Shown: piece after piece, positions 51,916-62,546 of the stretch
Position numbering within the stretch: the stretch's first letter is position 1
Layout of the letters: each line of letters begins with the position of its first letter
Virus record (IMG/VR): IMGVR_UViG_3300044904_000088
Coordinates: 519 to 64,518 of that record
Reading direction: 5' to 3' (one strand)
DNA length: 64,000 nucleotides
From: a virus
Taxonomy: Duplodnaviria; Caudoviricetes
Made by a program: the position numbers and the translations under genes
The notes under the pieces: generated by a model
Database searches by the model: none
The model's input: only the letters and a program-made list of their open reading frames with translations
What the model was told of the DNA's origin: nothing

Positions 51916-54563
51916 GGCCGTATCCCGCTGTACGAGCTGAACCGGGAGTTCTGTTTCTGCATCTCGGCCGCGATCTCGTCGTGGACCATGACGGCAAACC
52001 TCTTGGCCGCCGCCCGGTCCGGGTTACCCTCGAGCGTGAGTTGGATCGTGCCGATCGTCACGCCGCCGAAGCCGCCCGTGTTCTGACTCGCTGGGATGAC
52101 CGCCTCGCCCTTGTGGATGAAGGCGAGCTGATCGCTGTCCACGTACACCGTGCCGGAGGCGAAGGCTTTGACTGCGGCCCGGGGCTTCGGCCCGGGGGTC
52201 ACGGGCACCTTGGCGCTGCTCGTCGAACTGACAGTCCCGCCCGGCGTGGACCAGCTTGCGACGGACCCCGGGGGCGGCGTCACCAGGCTCGGGCTGTTGA
52301 GCAGGGCCGTCGCCCACTTCCCGTTAGCGATGCCAGCCAGGAAGCCCGCGGAATATGCCGTGCCAGCGGCCGTCCCGCCCGTCGATACCGTGCCGTTCAG
52401 CGTGGCCAGGGCTTGCTCCGTATCGCTCTGGACCGCCTGCCACATCGTCACCGTGTCGGGGTCCATCGACGCCAGCCCGTCCTTGAGCGCCTGGCTCTGG
52501 AGCAGGGCCTGCATCTTGGTGGCCTTCTGCGCGTCGGTGCCGTACTGCGTGTCCTCCTCGAGCAGCGTGAGGTACGCCGCCTTCTGGGTGATGAGTTGGG
52601 TCTGCAGCGCGTCTTTCTGGGTAGCGGTGAGCTTGGCATAGGTCGCTTTGTTGTTGACCTGCTTCTGCGTCGCGTCCAGAGCCGCCTTGGCATCCTGCTC
52701 GCGATAGCCGATGGTCTGGGCCGCGACCACGTTGTTCATGGCCTCGGTCCACGCCCCGGACAGGGCAGTCCGGGCGGTCTTGATCAGGCCCACCTGCGCG
52801 TCGGTGCCTTGGGCCAGCGCATCGGTGGCACCAGCAGCGGCGTCGGTAGCCGCCGGGGCGATGCCGGAGTAGGCCTCCGTCGCGGCAGCGGTTATGGCGG
52901 GCTGCTGTCCGGCGAGGGCGGTGGCGGAGCCGGAGAAGGTGGCTCCGTAGTCCGGCACGGTGGGGGCAGGGGTACCGCCGAGGATGTTCTTGAAGGGGCC
53001 GAGGTCGATGGTCGGCGTGTTCTTCGGTCCGAGCGGCCAGGGGAGATTGTTCGCCCAATCGCCAATCCCGGCGAGCGGGCCGCCGCCGGATCCGAAGAGC
53101 ATCGAGTTGAGGTTCAGGTTCTTGTTGAGCCAGTCCTGGATCGTGGGTGCCGCTGCGGCCAGGCCGACCATGAGAGCGAGGGGCAGGGCCACGGCCAGCG
53201 CTCCGCCAGCCAGGGTGCCGACGCCTCCTGCCGCCACGGCTACCTCTGCCCCGCCGGCTGTGACCGCTCCGGCCTCTGCCGTGGCCATCGCCCCGCCCGC
53301 CTCGAGGCCGGACGCGCCTGCGGCGGCATCGATCTCTGGAGATTGCGCCACGACGGCCGCCGCGACAGCGGGGCCACCGGCCGCGACCGCCCCGGCCTCG
53401 CCCGTCACCGTGGCACCGCCGGCGGCGGCTCCGCCGCCAAGCCAGGTGGGAAGCGTCAGGCCGAGCTGCTCTGCGATCTTCGGGATGATTGCCCCGGCAA
53501 GGCCTCCGAACCCGGCCGCGATCTTCGGGGTCATCTGGGCGCCGATTATCAGGAGCGGACCGAAGCTCTGGCTGACGGACGCTAGGGCGCCGCCGATGTT
53601 GTGCATGAGCAGCGTGAACTGGTTGCCCCAATCGCTCCTGATCGCATCCGCCGCCTTCTGCGTCGCATCCTGCGTGTCGACAGTCGAGGTTTGGAACTGG
53701 TCGAGGCTGGTGATCCCGGGCTTGAGAGCGTCGGCCAGTTGCGCGCCGGCGCGGGTGCCGAAGTCCTTTGCGGCTACCTTGGCACGCTCGAGCGGGTCCT
53801 GGATCGAGCTGATCTGGGTGATGAGGTCGTTGAGTGTCTGGCCGGGCTTGAGTTGCTTGATGGCCGTGTTCAACGCCGTGGGGGCCTTGCTCGCATCGAT
53901 GCCTGCGGCGGCGAACATGTTGAGCAGGTCGACGCCATCGGAGAACTGCATGCCCATCGCGGTCAGCGCGGGTGCCATCTTCTGAAGGGACGTCTGGTCG
54001 TCGGCGACGCTCGTCCCGTACTTCTGGTGGCTCGCGACGAGCTGGTCCATGATCGTCCCCTCGTCGCTGGCCGAGAGGTTCCACGCGTCCGTGATCATCT
54101 TCAAGGCGGTGACCGCCTGAGCGTCCTGGCCGGTCGCAGTCTCGTAGGTGAGCATCTTCTGAGTGAGGTCGTCGGCCGCCTGACCGGACAGGTTGAAGCC
54201 GCTGATGACCTCTGCCAGCGAGGCCTCAACCGAGTCCATCGACTGGAGGTTGCCCCGATACATCGAATCGATGGCACTGCTCTGCTGGGCGAGCGCCTGG
54301 CCGGTCAGGCCGGTGTCGGCCGCAAGCTTCTGAGTGGCAGCGTCGAGTGCCGCGCCCTGCTGGATGGCGATCCCGAACAGTGCGCCGGCACCCGCGCCGA
54401 TGGCGGAGCCCATCGCGCTCCGCAGCTTGGAGCCGAGCTGTTCGCCCATCGTCTGGCCGGCCGACTTGCCAGCCGAGTTCGCGGCGCTTACGGCGTCAGT
54501 CTGGAACTGGCCCGTGTCGAGTTGGAGCCGGACGGAGGCAAAGATGTCTGCGATCGCGCTCAT
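51912..54563 (-). CDS. Tape measure protein, copy 2
   Basis: 883 aa paralogue of 4457-7105. Confidence 0.9.
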   Translation of the reverse strand: MSAIADIFASVRLQLDTGQFQTDAVSAANSAGKSAGQTMGEQLGSKLRSAMGSAIGAGAGALFGIAIQQGAALDAATQKLAADTGLTGQALAQQSSAIDSMYRGNLQSMDSVEASLAEVISGFNLSGQAADDLTQKMLTYETATGQDAQAVTALKMITDAWNLSASDEGTIMDQLVASHQKYGTSVADDQTSLQKMAPALTAMGMQFSDGVDLLNMFAAAGIDASKAPTALNTAIKQLKPGQTLNDLITQISSIQDPLERAKVAAKDFGTRAGAQLADALKPGITSLDQFQTSTVDTQDATQKAADAIRSDWGNQFTLLMHNIGGALASVSQSFGPLLIIGAQMTPKIAAGFGGLAGAIIPKIAEQLGLTLPTWLGGGAAAGGATVTGEAGAVAAGGPAVAAAVVAQSPEIDAAAGASGLEAGGAMATAEAGAVTAGGAEVAVAAGGVGTLAGGALAVALPLALMVGLAAAAPTIQDWLNKNLNLNSMLFGSGGGPLAGIGDWANNLPWPLGPKNTPTIDLGPFKNILGGTPAPTVPDYGATFSGSATALAGQQPAITAAATEAYSGIAPAATDAAAGATDALAQGTDAQVGLIKTARTALSGAWTEAMNNVVAAQTIGYREQDAKAALDATQKQVNNKATYAKLTATQKDALQTQLITQKAAYLTLLEEDTQYGTDAQKATKMQALLQSQALKDGLASMDPDTVTMWQAVQSDTEQALATLNGTVSTGGTAAGTAYSAGFLAGIANGKWATALLNSPSLVTPPPGSVASWSTPGGTVSSTSSAKVPVTPGPKPRAAVKAFASGTVYVDSDQLAFIHKGEAVIPASQNTGGFGGVTIGTIQLTLEGNPDRAAAKRFAVMVHDEIAAEMQKQNSRFSSYSGIRP

Positions 54564-55308
54564 GCGTCGTAGCCCTTCACGCTGCCCGGCACGAGCCGAG
54601 CGAGGCGTTGCATCTGGGCGCGTCCCCGGGCCTTGCTAGGCGGCGGGGCAGGCGGCAGATACCAGGGCGGTTCGAGGTCATGGCGAGCCACGGTCACCTC
54701 GTACACAGGCACGGGTGCCCGCACGTTCGCGTCGTATGTCGCCGCGTAGGTCTCTGCCATTCGGTCTCGCTGTTCTTTGGCTACGCGCGTTTGCGCCGCC
54801 TGGTGGTAGAGGAGGACCTGGCGGTAGGTGAAGGCTTGCTCGAGGTCGTCAGGGCGGATATGCCAGACGGCAAGGGCCCACTCGAGGAGTTCTGCGAGGC
54901 TGACTCCACGGCGCGGCGGATGATCGTCAGAACGAGGGCCGTCTGGCTGGCCGCTTTTGGGTAGGCCACTTCTAGGAGCTTGTCGTAGATCACGTCGATG
55001 TCGCGCTCGGTGGCGTCTTCGAGGTCGCCGAGGGCATGGCCGGGGTGGCAGCGCGGCACGACGCCCGGCTTGTAGTCCGGGCAGCTTCCGGCGTCGTAGG
55101 CCAGCACGAGCTCGCGCTCGGTGTCGGACATGGCACGCACGCCTTCGGGGGTATCGGTGCGGGTATTGGCCAGGGCGATGATCCCGGCCTCGAGCCGCTC
55201 CTGCCACTCCCGGTTGGCCCGCCACTTGAGCTCCGGCACGAGGCGCTCTTCGCCGTTGATGGTGAACGGGAGGAGACCGCGAACGACCTCCTCCTCATCC
55301 GCGCTCAT
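54560..55308 (-). CDS. Tail assembly chaperones G (54781-55308) and GT (-1 frameshift), copy 2
   Basis: C CCA AAA at 54955-54961 is conserved. Confidence 0.8.
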
Positions 55309-55832
55309 ACCGTCAAGCGCTCAATGCTGAACGGAGCCAGGGTCGGGACGGCGGGATCGCCATAGGCCGTGAATGTCACAGGCGTGCCGGCGGTCGAGGA
55401 GACGCCGAACTCGCAGGTGATGTTGCCCGTCTGGAGCGCGTCGGTCAGGGTGACCACCACGGGCTGGCCGTCCGGCCCAGTGGCCTTCATCACGACGTCG
55501 TGATGATCGGCGGTCAGGACAACGCCGATGCTCTGGGTGAGCTTGGTCATGCCAGGCGTGCCGGCCACGCTGGCGATGGACGTGTTCTGAAGGGCCGCCT
55601 GGAGCTTCGAGAGCGCCAGCTCGTTGAGCTTGGTGGTCAGCTCGGCCTTGATCTTGGTGATCCTGGTCAAGCCCTTGAGCGGGCCGACGGCCCCCTGAAA
55701 CTCGGGCTCGTAACGGGTCACGGTGATGACGAGCTTGGCCGGGTCCTCGGACGCGCCCAGCTCGATGCTGTTGTACTGGAGACTGTCTGGCGGTCCGAAG
55801 AAGACGTCCTCGGCCGTGATCGTCATTGGCAT
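55305..55832 (-). CDS. Major tail protein, copy 2
   Basis: Paralogue of 7799-8326. Confidence 0.8.
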   Translation of the reverse strand: MPMTITAEDVFFGPPDSLQYNSIELGASEDPAKLVITVTRYEPEFQGAVGPLKGLTRITKIKAELTTKLNELALSKLQAALQNTSIASVAGTPGMTKLTQSIGVVLTADHHDVVMKATGPDGQPVVVTLTDALQTGNITCEFGVSSTAGTPVTFTAYGDPAVPTLAPFSIERLTV

Positions 55833-55906
55833 TTGCGACTCCCCGCGAGAGGGGCTTCCCTCCCCGCCCCCACTCGCATTCAGGGCGGATCGGTTGCGCT
55901 AGCGCG

Positions 55907-56326
55907 CTAGGTTACGGTTTCGGTCCTCGTGACCGGGTACTCGATGGTGCTGTGCCAGAGGGGCTGTCGGGTGTCTGGGTCGGTCTCGGGACTGGACGCC
56001 GACACATACGAGTGCCACGTACCCAGGCCCGACGCCGCCTGACGCCCCCCCCTGTCGTGGAAGACGGCTTCGACCGCCATGCCCATCGCCTCGGCGTCTG
56101 CCGGGGTCTTCCCATAAGAGCGCACGCCGAGAACCACCATCCGAATCGGGAGGCGGCGACGTGGCATGCCATCGAGCCAGTTGACGACGATGAACCTTTG
56201 ATATTCGCTCGGCCCCTTGGCGTCGCCCGGAGCGGGCTCGAAGGCGCGGACCGGAGCGCGGAGCGCGATGATCCCCGCGTCCGCATTGAGTTCCGCGATC
56301 GCGCTGGTCAGGGGTGAAGAGATCAT
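55907..56326 (-). CDS. Tail terminator-like protein, copy 2
   Basis: Paralogue of 8402-8821. Confidence 0.65.
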   Translation of the reverse strand: MISSPLTSAIAELNADAGIIALRAPVRAFEPAPGDAKGPSEYQRFIVVNWLDGMPRRRLPIRMVVLGVRSYGKTPADAEAMGMAVEAVFHDRGGRQAASGLGTWHSYVSASSPETDPDTRQPLWHSTIEYPVTRTETVT

Positions 56327-56898
56327 TTGAGCGCCTGGTTCCATGCGGCCTTGCGAGCTTTGGCGGCGGCGACGTTGCCTGCCTTGGCGGAGCCGCCGGA
56401 GGCCGTCACCATCGCCCGGGCTGCCCCGCCTGCGATGCGAGCAGCCATCGCGGGGAGCACGTACTTACCGGTGCCCGGCACACCCGCATTGACAGCCGGG
56501 AGGAAGAATGGCCGGGGGGCCTCCTTGACCGTGCCATGCTCCGCGAAGTGGGCCAGCGGCGAGCTGAACCACATTACGAGCACCATCTGGTCGGCTGGCA
56601 CCTTGAGGCCGCGGGGCTTCTGCGACGAGGCGGCCAGACTCGAGTCGCCCGCGACCAGCTTGCCCATCGCCCACACGGCGCAGTGCCCGGTGTCCGCCAT
56701 CATCGGGACGCCGCGCTTAGCTGCCTCGGCGGCATCTTTGGGCGCACGGCTGGAAGCGTCGGCGATGATCTGCGTGCCGAGGGCGAACAGGCCATCCGCA
56801 ATGCCGAGCCCGGCCGCGTCCAGGGCGGCCTGGTTCATGACGATCGCGGCGGCGCGGTTGGCGAGCACCTTGGCGGAAGGAGCTGCGGAGACTGGCAT
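56323..56898 (-). CDS. HK97 gp10-like protein, copy 2
   Basis: Paralogue of 8818-9393. Confidence 0.75.
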   Translation of the reverse strand: MPVSAAPSAKVLANRAAAIVMNQAALDAAGLGIADGLFALGTQIIADASSRAPKDAAEAAKRGVPMMADTGHCAVWAMGKLVAGDSSLAASSQKPRGLKVPADQMVLVMWFSSPLAHFAEHGTVKEAPRPFFLPAVNAGVPGTGKYVLPAMAARIAGGAARAMVTASGGSAKAGNVAAAKARKAAWNQALK

Positions 56899-56905
56899 CG
56901 TCAGG

Positions 56906-57304
56906 TCACTTCACTAGTTTGGCGTCGAGCTGGAGATGGTGGCCACGGCCGGCGGGATCCACGACGCCGCTGACTTCCCAATACGGGCCGGCCGTGTCGG
57001 TGTTGAGGTGGATGCGATCCGCCGTGATCACGTCGACGTCGGGCAGCAAGAAGATCCGCGCCCAGATGTCCTGAGCGCCGCCCTGGCTGAACAGCGGGAC
57101 CTCGGTTGCCTTGAGCGCTTGGATGGAGCCCATCTGCCACGTCGGGTTGGCGGGGTCGATCGGCTCCGGATCATCCAGCGCGACCCAGTCCCGGATCGGG
57201 TGCCCGTAGTCGGTCAGTTGCTCGACCGGCGGCGTGCCCGCGATCATGCGGTCGTAGGCCCGCTCGATGACAAGCAACTGCCGAAGGCCCTGGGCGATGC
57301 TCAT
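56906..57304 (-). CDS. Head closure protein, copy 2
   Basis: Paralogue of 9394-9792. Confidence 0.75.
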   Translation of the reverse strand: MSIAQGLRQLLVIERAYDRMIAGTPPVEQLTDYGHPIRDWVALDDPEPIDPANPTWQMGSIQALKATEVPLFSQGGAQDIWARIFLLPDVDVITADRIHLNTDTAGPYWEVSGVVDPAGRGHHLQLDAKLVK

Positions 57305-57990
57305 GGCGACACCGGACCGGGGTACTGCTCTTTGATCTGTCGGCGGACGCTGATCCGGTGCATGCCTACGTTCGTCCCGGGGAGGCCCAGCTGCTCCACG
57401 AAGGCCTGCCCGGCGACCATGTCCGGCACTTGGCCGATGCGAAAGCCAGCGGCACGGACGTTCATGCAGAAGTAGATGTCCTGCCCCCCCCACCGGCGGG
57501 CGTTGTCCGCAGGACTCGGATGCCTCTCCCAGCCCCTTCCGGTGTGGAAGTCGACGTACTGCCAGTCGGTGGAGAACCACGGGCGGGCGAGCTTCTCAAA
57601 CACCTCGCGGCGAATGAGGGTGCAGCCGAGGCCGCACCATTCGATATCGCCCTTCGGATCCCTTACGAGACAGCCCCAGCCACTTCCACCGACGGGGTAG
57701 TCGACCGCCGCGACGTCCCAGCCCTCGTCCAGCAAGGCCAGGCTCCGCTCCAGGGCATCTGGAGGCGGGATCACGTCTTCCTCGATCAGAAGCAGAACCT
57801 CTGCCCCCGTGGCGAGCCCCTTCTCAACGATGGCTTCGTCGCAGTCCGGAATCGGCAAGTCGTGGCTGAACACCCAACCGCGGAAGTCGTGCCCGCGTGC
57901 CTGCGCATTGGCCACGTTCGCCATCACCGCGTCGACGGTGCGCGAATGGATTAGCCCACGGGATGGGGTGCAGACGACAAAGCTGCTCAT
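57301..57990 (-). CDS. Glycosyltransferase GT-A, copy 2
   Basis: Paralogue of 9789-10475 with a more diverged N-terminus. Confidence 0.75.
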   Translation of the reverse strand: MSSFVVCTPSRGLIHSRTVDAVMANVANAQARGHDFRGWVFSHDLPIPDCDEAIVEKGLATGAEVLLLIEEDVIPPPDALERSLALLDEGWDVAAVDYPVGGSGWGCLVRDPKGDIEWCGLGCTLIRREVFEKLARPWFSTDWQYVDFHTGRGWERHPSPADNARRWGGQDIYFCMNVRAAGFRIGQVPDMVAGQAFVEQLGLPGTNVGMHRISVRRQIKEQYPGPVSP

Positions 57991-58745
57991 GCCTTCACCA
58001 GATCCTTCGGCGCGGTCCAGTCGGCCCACCAGATGCGCAGTGCCTCGTCGTCCATCGCCCCAAGCTCGCGCCAGTGGAAACCGGTGCCCGCGGGGTATGA
58101 CGTGGCTTCCAGCGCGGTCCGGCCGTGGCGCACCTTGGCGCGCGTCTGCTCGAAGGTCCGGTACGGGTAGTGGCGCAGGACGATCGGCTGCCCGATGAAG
58201 CTGGCCGCGCCGACCACCTCGGTAGACAGGGGCTCGCCTTCGAGGGCATGGTTCCCAACCGTGGGGACGTTCCACGGGCCGGGGCGCCAGACGACCTTCC
58301 GCTGGTTCGAGTAGCGACGCCGCCAGACGATGCGCCGGAAGGGGTCAGGCTCGTTCGAATCGTCGGTCGGCTGGGGCACCATCTCCCACGAGCCGACCGG
58401 CACGGAGCGGCCGGTGTAGGCGGGAAGGACATCGGCGATGCGCTGGCCAGTCGGGCAGAACCACCACTCGTCAAAGTCCGCCGGGACGACCCACTCCGCG
58501 CCCATCTCGATTGCGAGCGAGACGAGACGCATCATCGTTTCTTGCTGGAGGTAGGCGAAGCGTGGCTCGTCCACGATGAACAGACGCGGGTCGCCTATGG
58601 ACTCCAAGATCTTCCGTGTCCCGTCGGTCGAGTTGTTATCGGCCACGATGACGGCGTCGCATTCAGCCAGCATGTGAAGGGCAAACGGCCGAGCGGTGTC
58701 CGCCTCATTCCGACACATCGCAAGACCCACGACCTTGACGGTCAT
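57987..58745 (-). CDS. Glycosyltransferase family 2, copy 2
   Basis: RNEAD..DNNSTDGT..PADFDE. Confidence 0.85.
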   Translation of the reverse strand: MTVKVVGLAMCRNEADTARPFALHMLAECDAVIVADNNSTDGTRKILESIGDPRLFIVDEPRFAYLQQETMMRLVSLAIEMGAEWVVPADFDEWWFCPTGQRIADVLPAYTGRSVPVGSWEMVPQPTDDSNEPDPFRRIVWRRRYSNQRKVVWRPGPWNVPTVGNHALEGEPLSTEVVGAASFIGQPIVLRHYPYRTFEQTRAKVRHGRTALEATSYPAGTGFHWRELGAMDDEALRIWWADWTAPKDLVKA

Positions 58746-59329
58746 AGAACGTCCGCCGTCATGGTCAGGCGCAAGGTCGCGCGGTAGAGAGCGAACGGGC
58801 CGCCGTCCGTCAGCGCGGCGATCTCCTGGCCGATCGCGGGCCGGATATCGGTCCCGCAGGCCGGGCACTTCATGTGGCTGGGCCGCTCCGGCGAACGAGT
58901 GCTCAAGTGCCGGGCGGGCGGCCAGTGCCAGTGAGCTTCGTTGTAGCCGGCGAGACGAAGGTGATTGATCCACGCCGAGTCCAGCGACTCCCAATGGCGC
59001 GCCTTGATCTCGTCTGGCAGGTCCGGCAGGCGGCGGGTGAAGCTGCCCCGGTAGCGGACCGTGCCGTGCCAGCAGCCCCAGGTCTCGTGCATGAAGTAGG
59101 GGAGGCCGCACCACTCGCGCGGACACCGCTCGAAGCTCCAGACCGCGCCGGTGGGCAGGACCATGTCCTGCTCTACGACCATGAAGTCGTCGCCGGATCG
59201 CCATGCCTCACGCAGGAGGCGCCAGTACGCCTCGGTGTCGGCGGCCTTGATCTGGATGCGCTCAGCGCCGACCGGGAGCGCGGCCACGGCCTCCGGGAAC
59301 GACGTGACGTAGGGGTAGATCACGCGCAT
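58742..59329 (-). CDS. Glycosyltransferase-like protein, copy 2
   Basis: Paralogue of 11248-11835. Confidence 0.55.
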   Translation of the reverse strand: MRVIYPYVTSFPEAVAALPVGAERIQIKAADTEAYWRLLREAWRSGDDFMVVEQDMVLPTGAVWSFERCPREWCGLPYFMHETWGCWHGTVRYRGSFTRRLPDLPDEIKARHWESLDSAWINHLRLAGYNEAHWHWPPARHLSTRSPERPSHMKCPACGTDIRPAIGQEIAALTDGGPFALYRATLRLTMTADVL

Positions 59330-59766
59330 CGCGGCTTCCTCAGCACGGCGCGGCCCCACGGTCCCCACTCGGCCTCGCCCGTCTCCCAGGAGACCATCTC
59401 CCATAGGCGGATGCCGTACTCTGCGTTCGCGACCATGCGGCCCGTGAAGTACCAGAAGGACTGCTCGACCCAGAAGCTGACGTGGGTCGGGTCCGCGACC
59501 GCCGCCCAGCAGGGGAACAGCGGCACGATGATCTCGAACGTCCCGCCGGGCTCCAGGACCCGCCAGACCTCGTTGAATGCGTCGATCCGCTCCTGGCCGG
59601 CCGGCACGTGCTCCATGAGGTGCGAGCAGCGGGCCGCCTCAACGGTGTCGTGCCCACACGGGATGCCCTCCTGGATACGCCGTTTCATGACGCCCTGGCC
59701 GTGAATAGGGTCGAGATTCGTGAAGCCTTCGTTGAGCGCCAACCCCCCGCCGATGTCGATCTTCAT
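59320..59766 (-). CDS. SAM-dependent methyltransferase, copy 2
   Basis: Paralogue of 11826-12272. Confidence 0.85.
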   Translation of the reverse strand: MKIDIGGGLALNEGFTNLDPIHGQGVMKRRIQEGIPCGHDTVEAARCSHLMEHVPAGQERIDAFNEVWRVLEPGGTFEIIVPLFPCWAAVADPTHVSFWVEQSFWYFTGRMVANAEYGIRLWEMVSWETGEAEWGPWGRAVLRKPRCA

Positions 59767-60629
59767 CAGTAGATCACGACCTCCTCGTCCGTCCGAAGTG
59801 CCGTGATGATGTCCTGCCGCTCGTCCTCCAAACCGAAGCCCGCACGGACCGGATACTTCTCGCTCCACTCGCCGACCGTCTGGCCCTGCAGGCCTGGGAC
59901 GGAGTTGAGGTCGAGCTTGACGAGGTGCAGTTGAACGCGCTTCCGGCTGAGCGTGTCGTCGAACCGCGTGTACGTCACGGTGATCAGTTGGTTCGGGTAC
60001 CAATAGCCGAAGCCGAACGGGTTGCCGAAGCCCCAGCCTCCCCACCCCCACGCCGGGTTCGGGCCCGTGTTGAGGCGCCGGATCATGAGTCCGGTCCGCG
60101 ACAGAACGTAGTCAGCCGGTTCCAGCGTTATATCGCAGTCGATGACCTGCTGGATGCTGGAGGCCCGGTTGTGGAGCATCAGGAGATCGCCACCGCGACG
60201 CTGGGCCGAGTGCATGTACAGCTCGGTGACGCTCCCCAGCGGGCCGACGGCCTTCTCGATCGCCTCCTGCTCGGAGTCGAGGTAGAACTGCAGCGCTTCG
60301 TCAGGCAACTCCGAGCGGATGACCTGCCGAAGGCTGGTGACGCTGAGCAGCGCGGGCACCACGCCCGCCTCGAAGGCTGCGGAGTAATCGGAGAACGACG
60401 AGCCAGCGGCGTCCGAGACGCGCGAGCGATACCAGGCACCAGGGTGCCCGGTGGGGGTCTCGTCGTCGATCGGGTAAAGGTACGTCCCAGACACGAGGGC
60501 AGCGGTTGCGACTTCGGCCCATGGACCCGTGTTTGCTTCAGCCGACTCCACCCGGAGCAGCGCGCCGGTGCCATAGGCAATCAGCAGCGTGTCCGGATCC
60601 GAGATTACGAAGCTGACTTGCTGTCCCAC
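59766..60629 (-). CDS. Head-tail connector, copy 2
   Basis: Paralogue of 12272-13135. Confidence 0.65.
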   Translation of the reverse strand: MGQQVSFVISDPDTLLIAYGTGALLRVESAEANTGPWAEVATAALVSGTYLYPIDDETPTGHPGAWYRSRVSDAAGSSFSDYSAAFEAGVVPALLSVTSLRQVIRSELPDEALQFYLDSEQEAIEKAVGPLGSVTELYMHSAQRRGGDLLMLHNRASSIQQVIDCDITLEPADYVLSRTGLMIRRLNTGPNPAWGWGGWGFGNPFGFGYWYPNQLITVTYTRFDDTLSRKRVQLHLVKLDLNSVPGLQGQTVGEWSEKYPVRAGFGLEDERQDIITALRTDEEVVIY

Positions 60630-60695
60630 GTTTGCTCCCCAGAGACGCCGGCGCCCCGCCCGATGCGGACGAGGCGCCGTGCATCGCTCATCGAC

Positions 60696-60974
60696 TTACG
60701 CCGCCGACCGGATCGCGCCCTCGGGATCCGCTGAGGCGGCCACGGTCTCTTGCGTCGCGGCCCTTGCCTCAGGCGCGGGCGCGGGTGAGGCGGCCGGCTG
60801 TGGCTTGGGTCCGAAGGTGGGTTCGAATGGATCGAAGGCATCCGGGTGCCTGCGCAGGATCGGGTGCCCTTCGACGATGGTGTCGCCCTCGCGGACCCAG
60901 ATGTTGCCGCCCACGAGGAACGTCTTGCGAGCTCGGTACAGCCCGAACTCTGTTCGGATCAGCTTCTCGGCCAT
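60696..60974 (-). CDS. Small head-associated protein, copy 2
   Basis: Paralogue of 13296-13583. Confidence 0.6.
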   Translation of the reverse strand: MAEKLIRTEFGLYRARKTFLVGGNIWVREGDTIVEGHPILRRHPDAFDPFEPTFGPKPQPAASPAPAPEARAATQETVAASADPEGAIRSAA

Positions 60975-61046
60975 CGGCCTTGTTCCCTTTCCGAACGGTG
61001 AGGCGGCGGCTGAGGGGCCGCCGCCGCGTTCAGCTAGTCGCTGCGG

Positions 61047-62546
61047 TTAGGAATGGGCCGCGAGCACGAAGGCGTTGGGGACGAGGAGCTTGGCGCCGGT
61101 GCGCCAGCGGCAGTAGATGCCGCGCTGTCCGAGCACGTTGCCGGACCCGTCGAACATCTGCGGAATGAACTCCGTGGCCAGGCCGAGTCGGTCGACGACC
61201 ACGTAGCCGGTGGCGAAGTCTCCGAAGACGTCGTAGTTCGTCTTCGAGGGCGTACCGGCGAAGGTGGCATCCATGTAGGAGGCCTCGAACACCGGGTAGC
61301 CGTGCAGGGTCGCGGAGAGCGGGTCGTAGATGCTGTTGGCCGGCTGGCCCGCGACGCCCAACTGGCGGTACTTCTGGAGCATGCCGAGGTTGGCCATGTG
61401 AGCGGCGCGCCCGCCATTGCGGAAGCGCGGTCCCAAGGTCAATTCCTGGGTGTCGAGGGCGTCCAGATCGAACGTCCCGGTCGTCACCGCCCTGGTCCCG
61501 TTCGCGACTAGCGCAGCGACGAGACCCCAGGGCTCGTTCGTGCCTGAGCCGGTGATGAACTTGTTGGCTTCGAGGACGTCCTTGGCATCCGCGATGATCC
61601 GACCGAGTTCGCTGGAGATTGCGGCGGCGCCGTAGTCCTCCTGGTACTCGGCGGTGAACTGGACCAGCACGTGGCCCCGGACCGGAGTCACGGTCAGGTC
61701 CGTGAAGTCGGACGGCGCGACGTCGGACGCTGGCGCGACTTCGGAGGCGGCATAGGAGGCCGTCACGCCCGCCGTCGCGACAGGCTCCCAGGCCTTGGTG
61801 ACGATCGTTTCGATGCGGGCGAGGGGCTGACCCGTTTTGGGGTTGGTCTGCCGCATCGGGCAGGCCGCGCCCACGTTGGTCAGGATGAAGGTCGGGTCGA
61901 TGGTGAACGGGATGGCATAGCCGCCGTCCGCGCCGGTGTAGGTCTGCAGGGCAGCCTGCATCCGCGGGCTGAGCGAACCGCGGCCGCCAGTCGCGTAGCG
62001 CGCCCACGCTTCCTGGTACAGCGGATCGCTCGTGCCGAGGATGTGGCGGCTGACCCAGCCGTGCTCCTGATCGGCATGCTTGGTGAGCAGCCGCTCGACG
62101 GCAGCCCGGAAGCGGTCTGCCTCAGCGCCCGTCTGGGCCGAGGGGAAGGCGATCTTCTCGATGACGCGCTTCGCGCCGTCGAGATAGGCCTTCGGCAGCT
62201 CGTCGATCGAACTGACCTGCTGGCGGTATGCCGCCAGGTCGTGCAGATTCTCGGGCACGCCCCGCTTGACGTTGAACATGGGGAAGGCCGGGCCCTCGAC
62301 GCCGCGAGGAGACTGCTGGCCAGCAAGCGCTTTGATGTCCTCCGAGCGAATCGTCAGCTCTTCGATGCTGGCGCCGAGCTGGTCGAGCAAGCCGCCCTTG
62401 CCCATGAGCTGCTCGTATTCCTGGTGCTGCGGCTCGGTGAAGGGCTTGCCGTCCGCGAGGGCGTCGAGCTCCTTGACCCTGTCGCGCGCCTCGGCATCGG
62501 CCGCCTTGAAGGCGTCGAGGCCACGAAGCGATCCGATGTCGATCAT
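61047..62546 (-). CDS. Major capsid protein HK97 fold, copy 2
   Basis: Paralogue of 13656-15155. Confidence 0.92.
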   Translation of the reverse strand: MIDIGSLRGLDAFKAADAEARDRVKELDALADGKPFTEPQHQEYEQLMGKGGLLDQLGASIEELTIRSEDIKALAGQQSPRGVEGPAFPMFNVKRGVPENLHDLAAYRQQVSSIDELPKAYLDGAKRVIEKIAFPSAQTGAEADRFRAAVERLLTKHADQEHGWVSRHILGTSDPLYQEAWARYATGGRGSLSPRMQAALQTYTGADGGYAIPFTIDPTFILTNVGAACPMRQTNPKTGQPLARIETIVTKAWEPVATAGVTASYAASEVAPASDVAPSDFTDLTVTPVRGHVLVQFTAEYQEDYGAAAISSELGRIIADAKDVLEANKFITGSGTNEPWGLVAALVANGTRAVTTGTFDLDALDTQELTLGPRFRNGGRAAHMANLGMLQKYRQLGVAGQPANSIYDPLSATLHGYPVFEASYMDATFAGTPSKTNYDVFGDFATGYVVVDRLGLATEFIPQMFDGSGNVLGQRGIYCRWRTGAKLLVPNAFVLAAHS

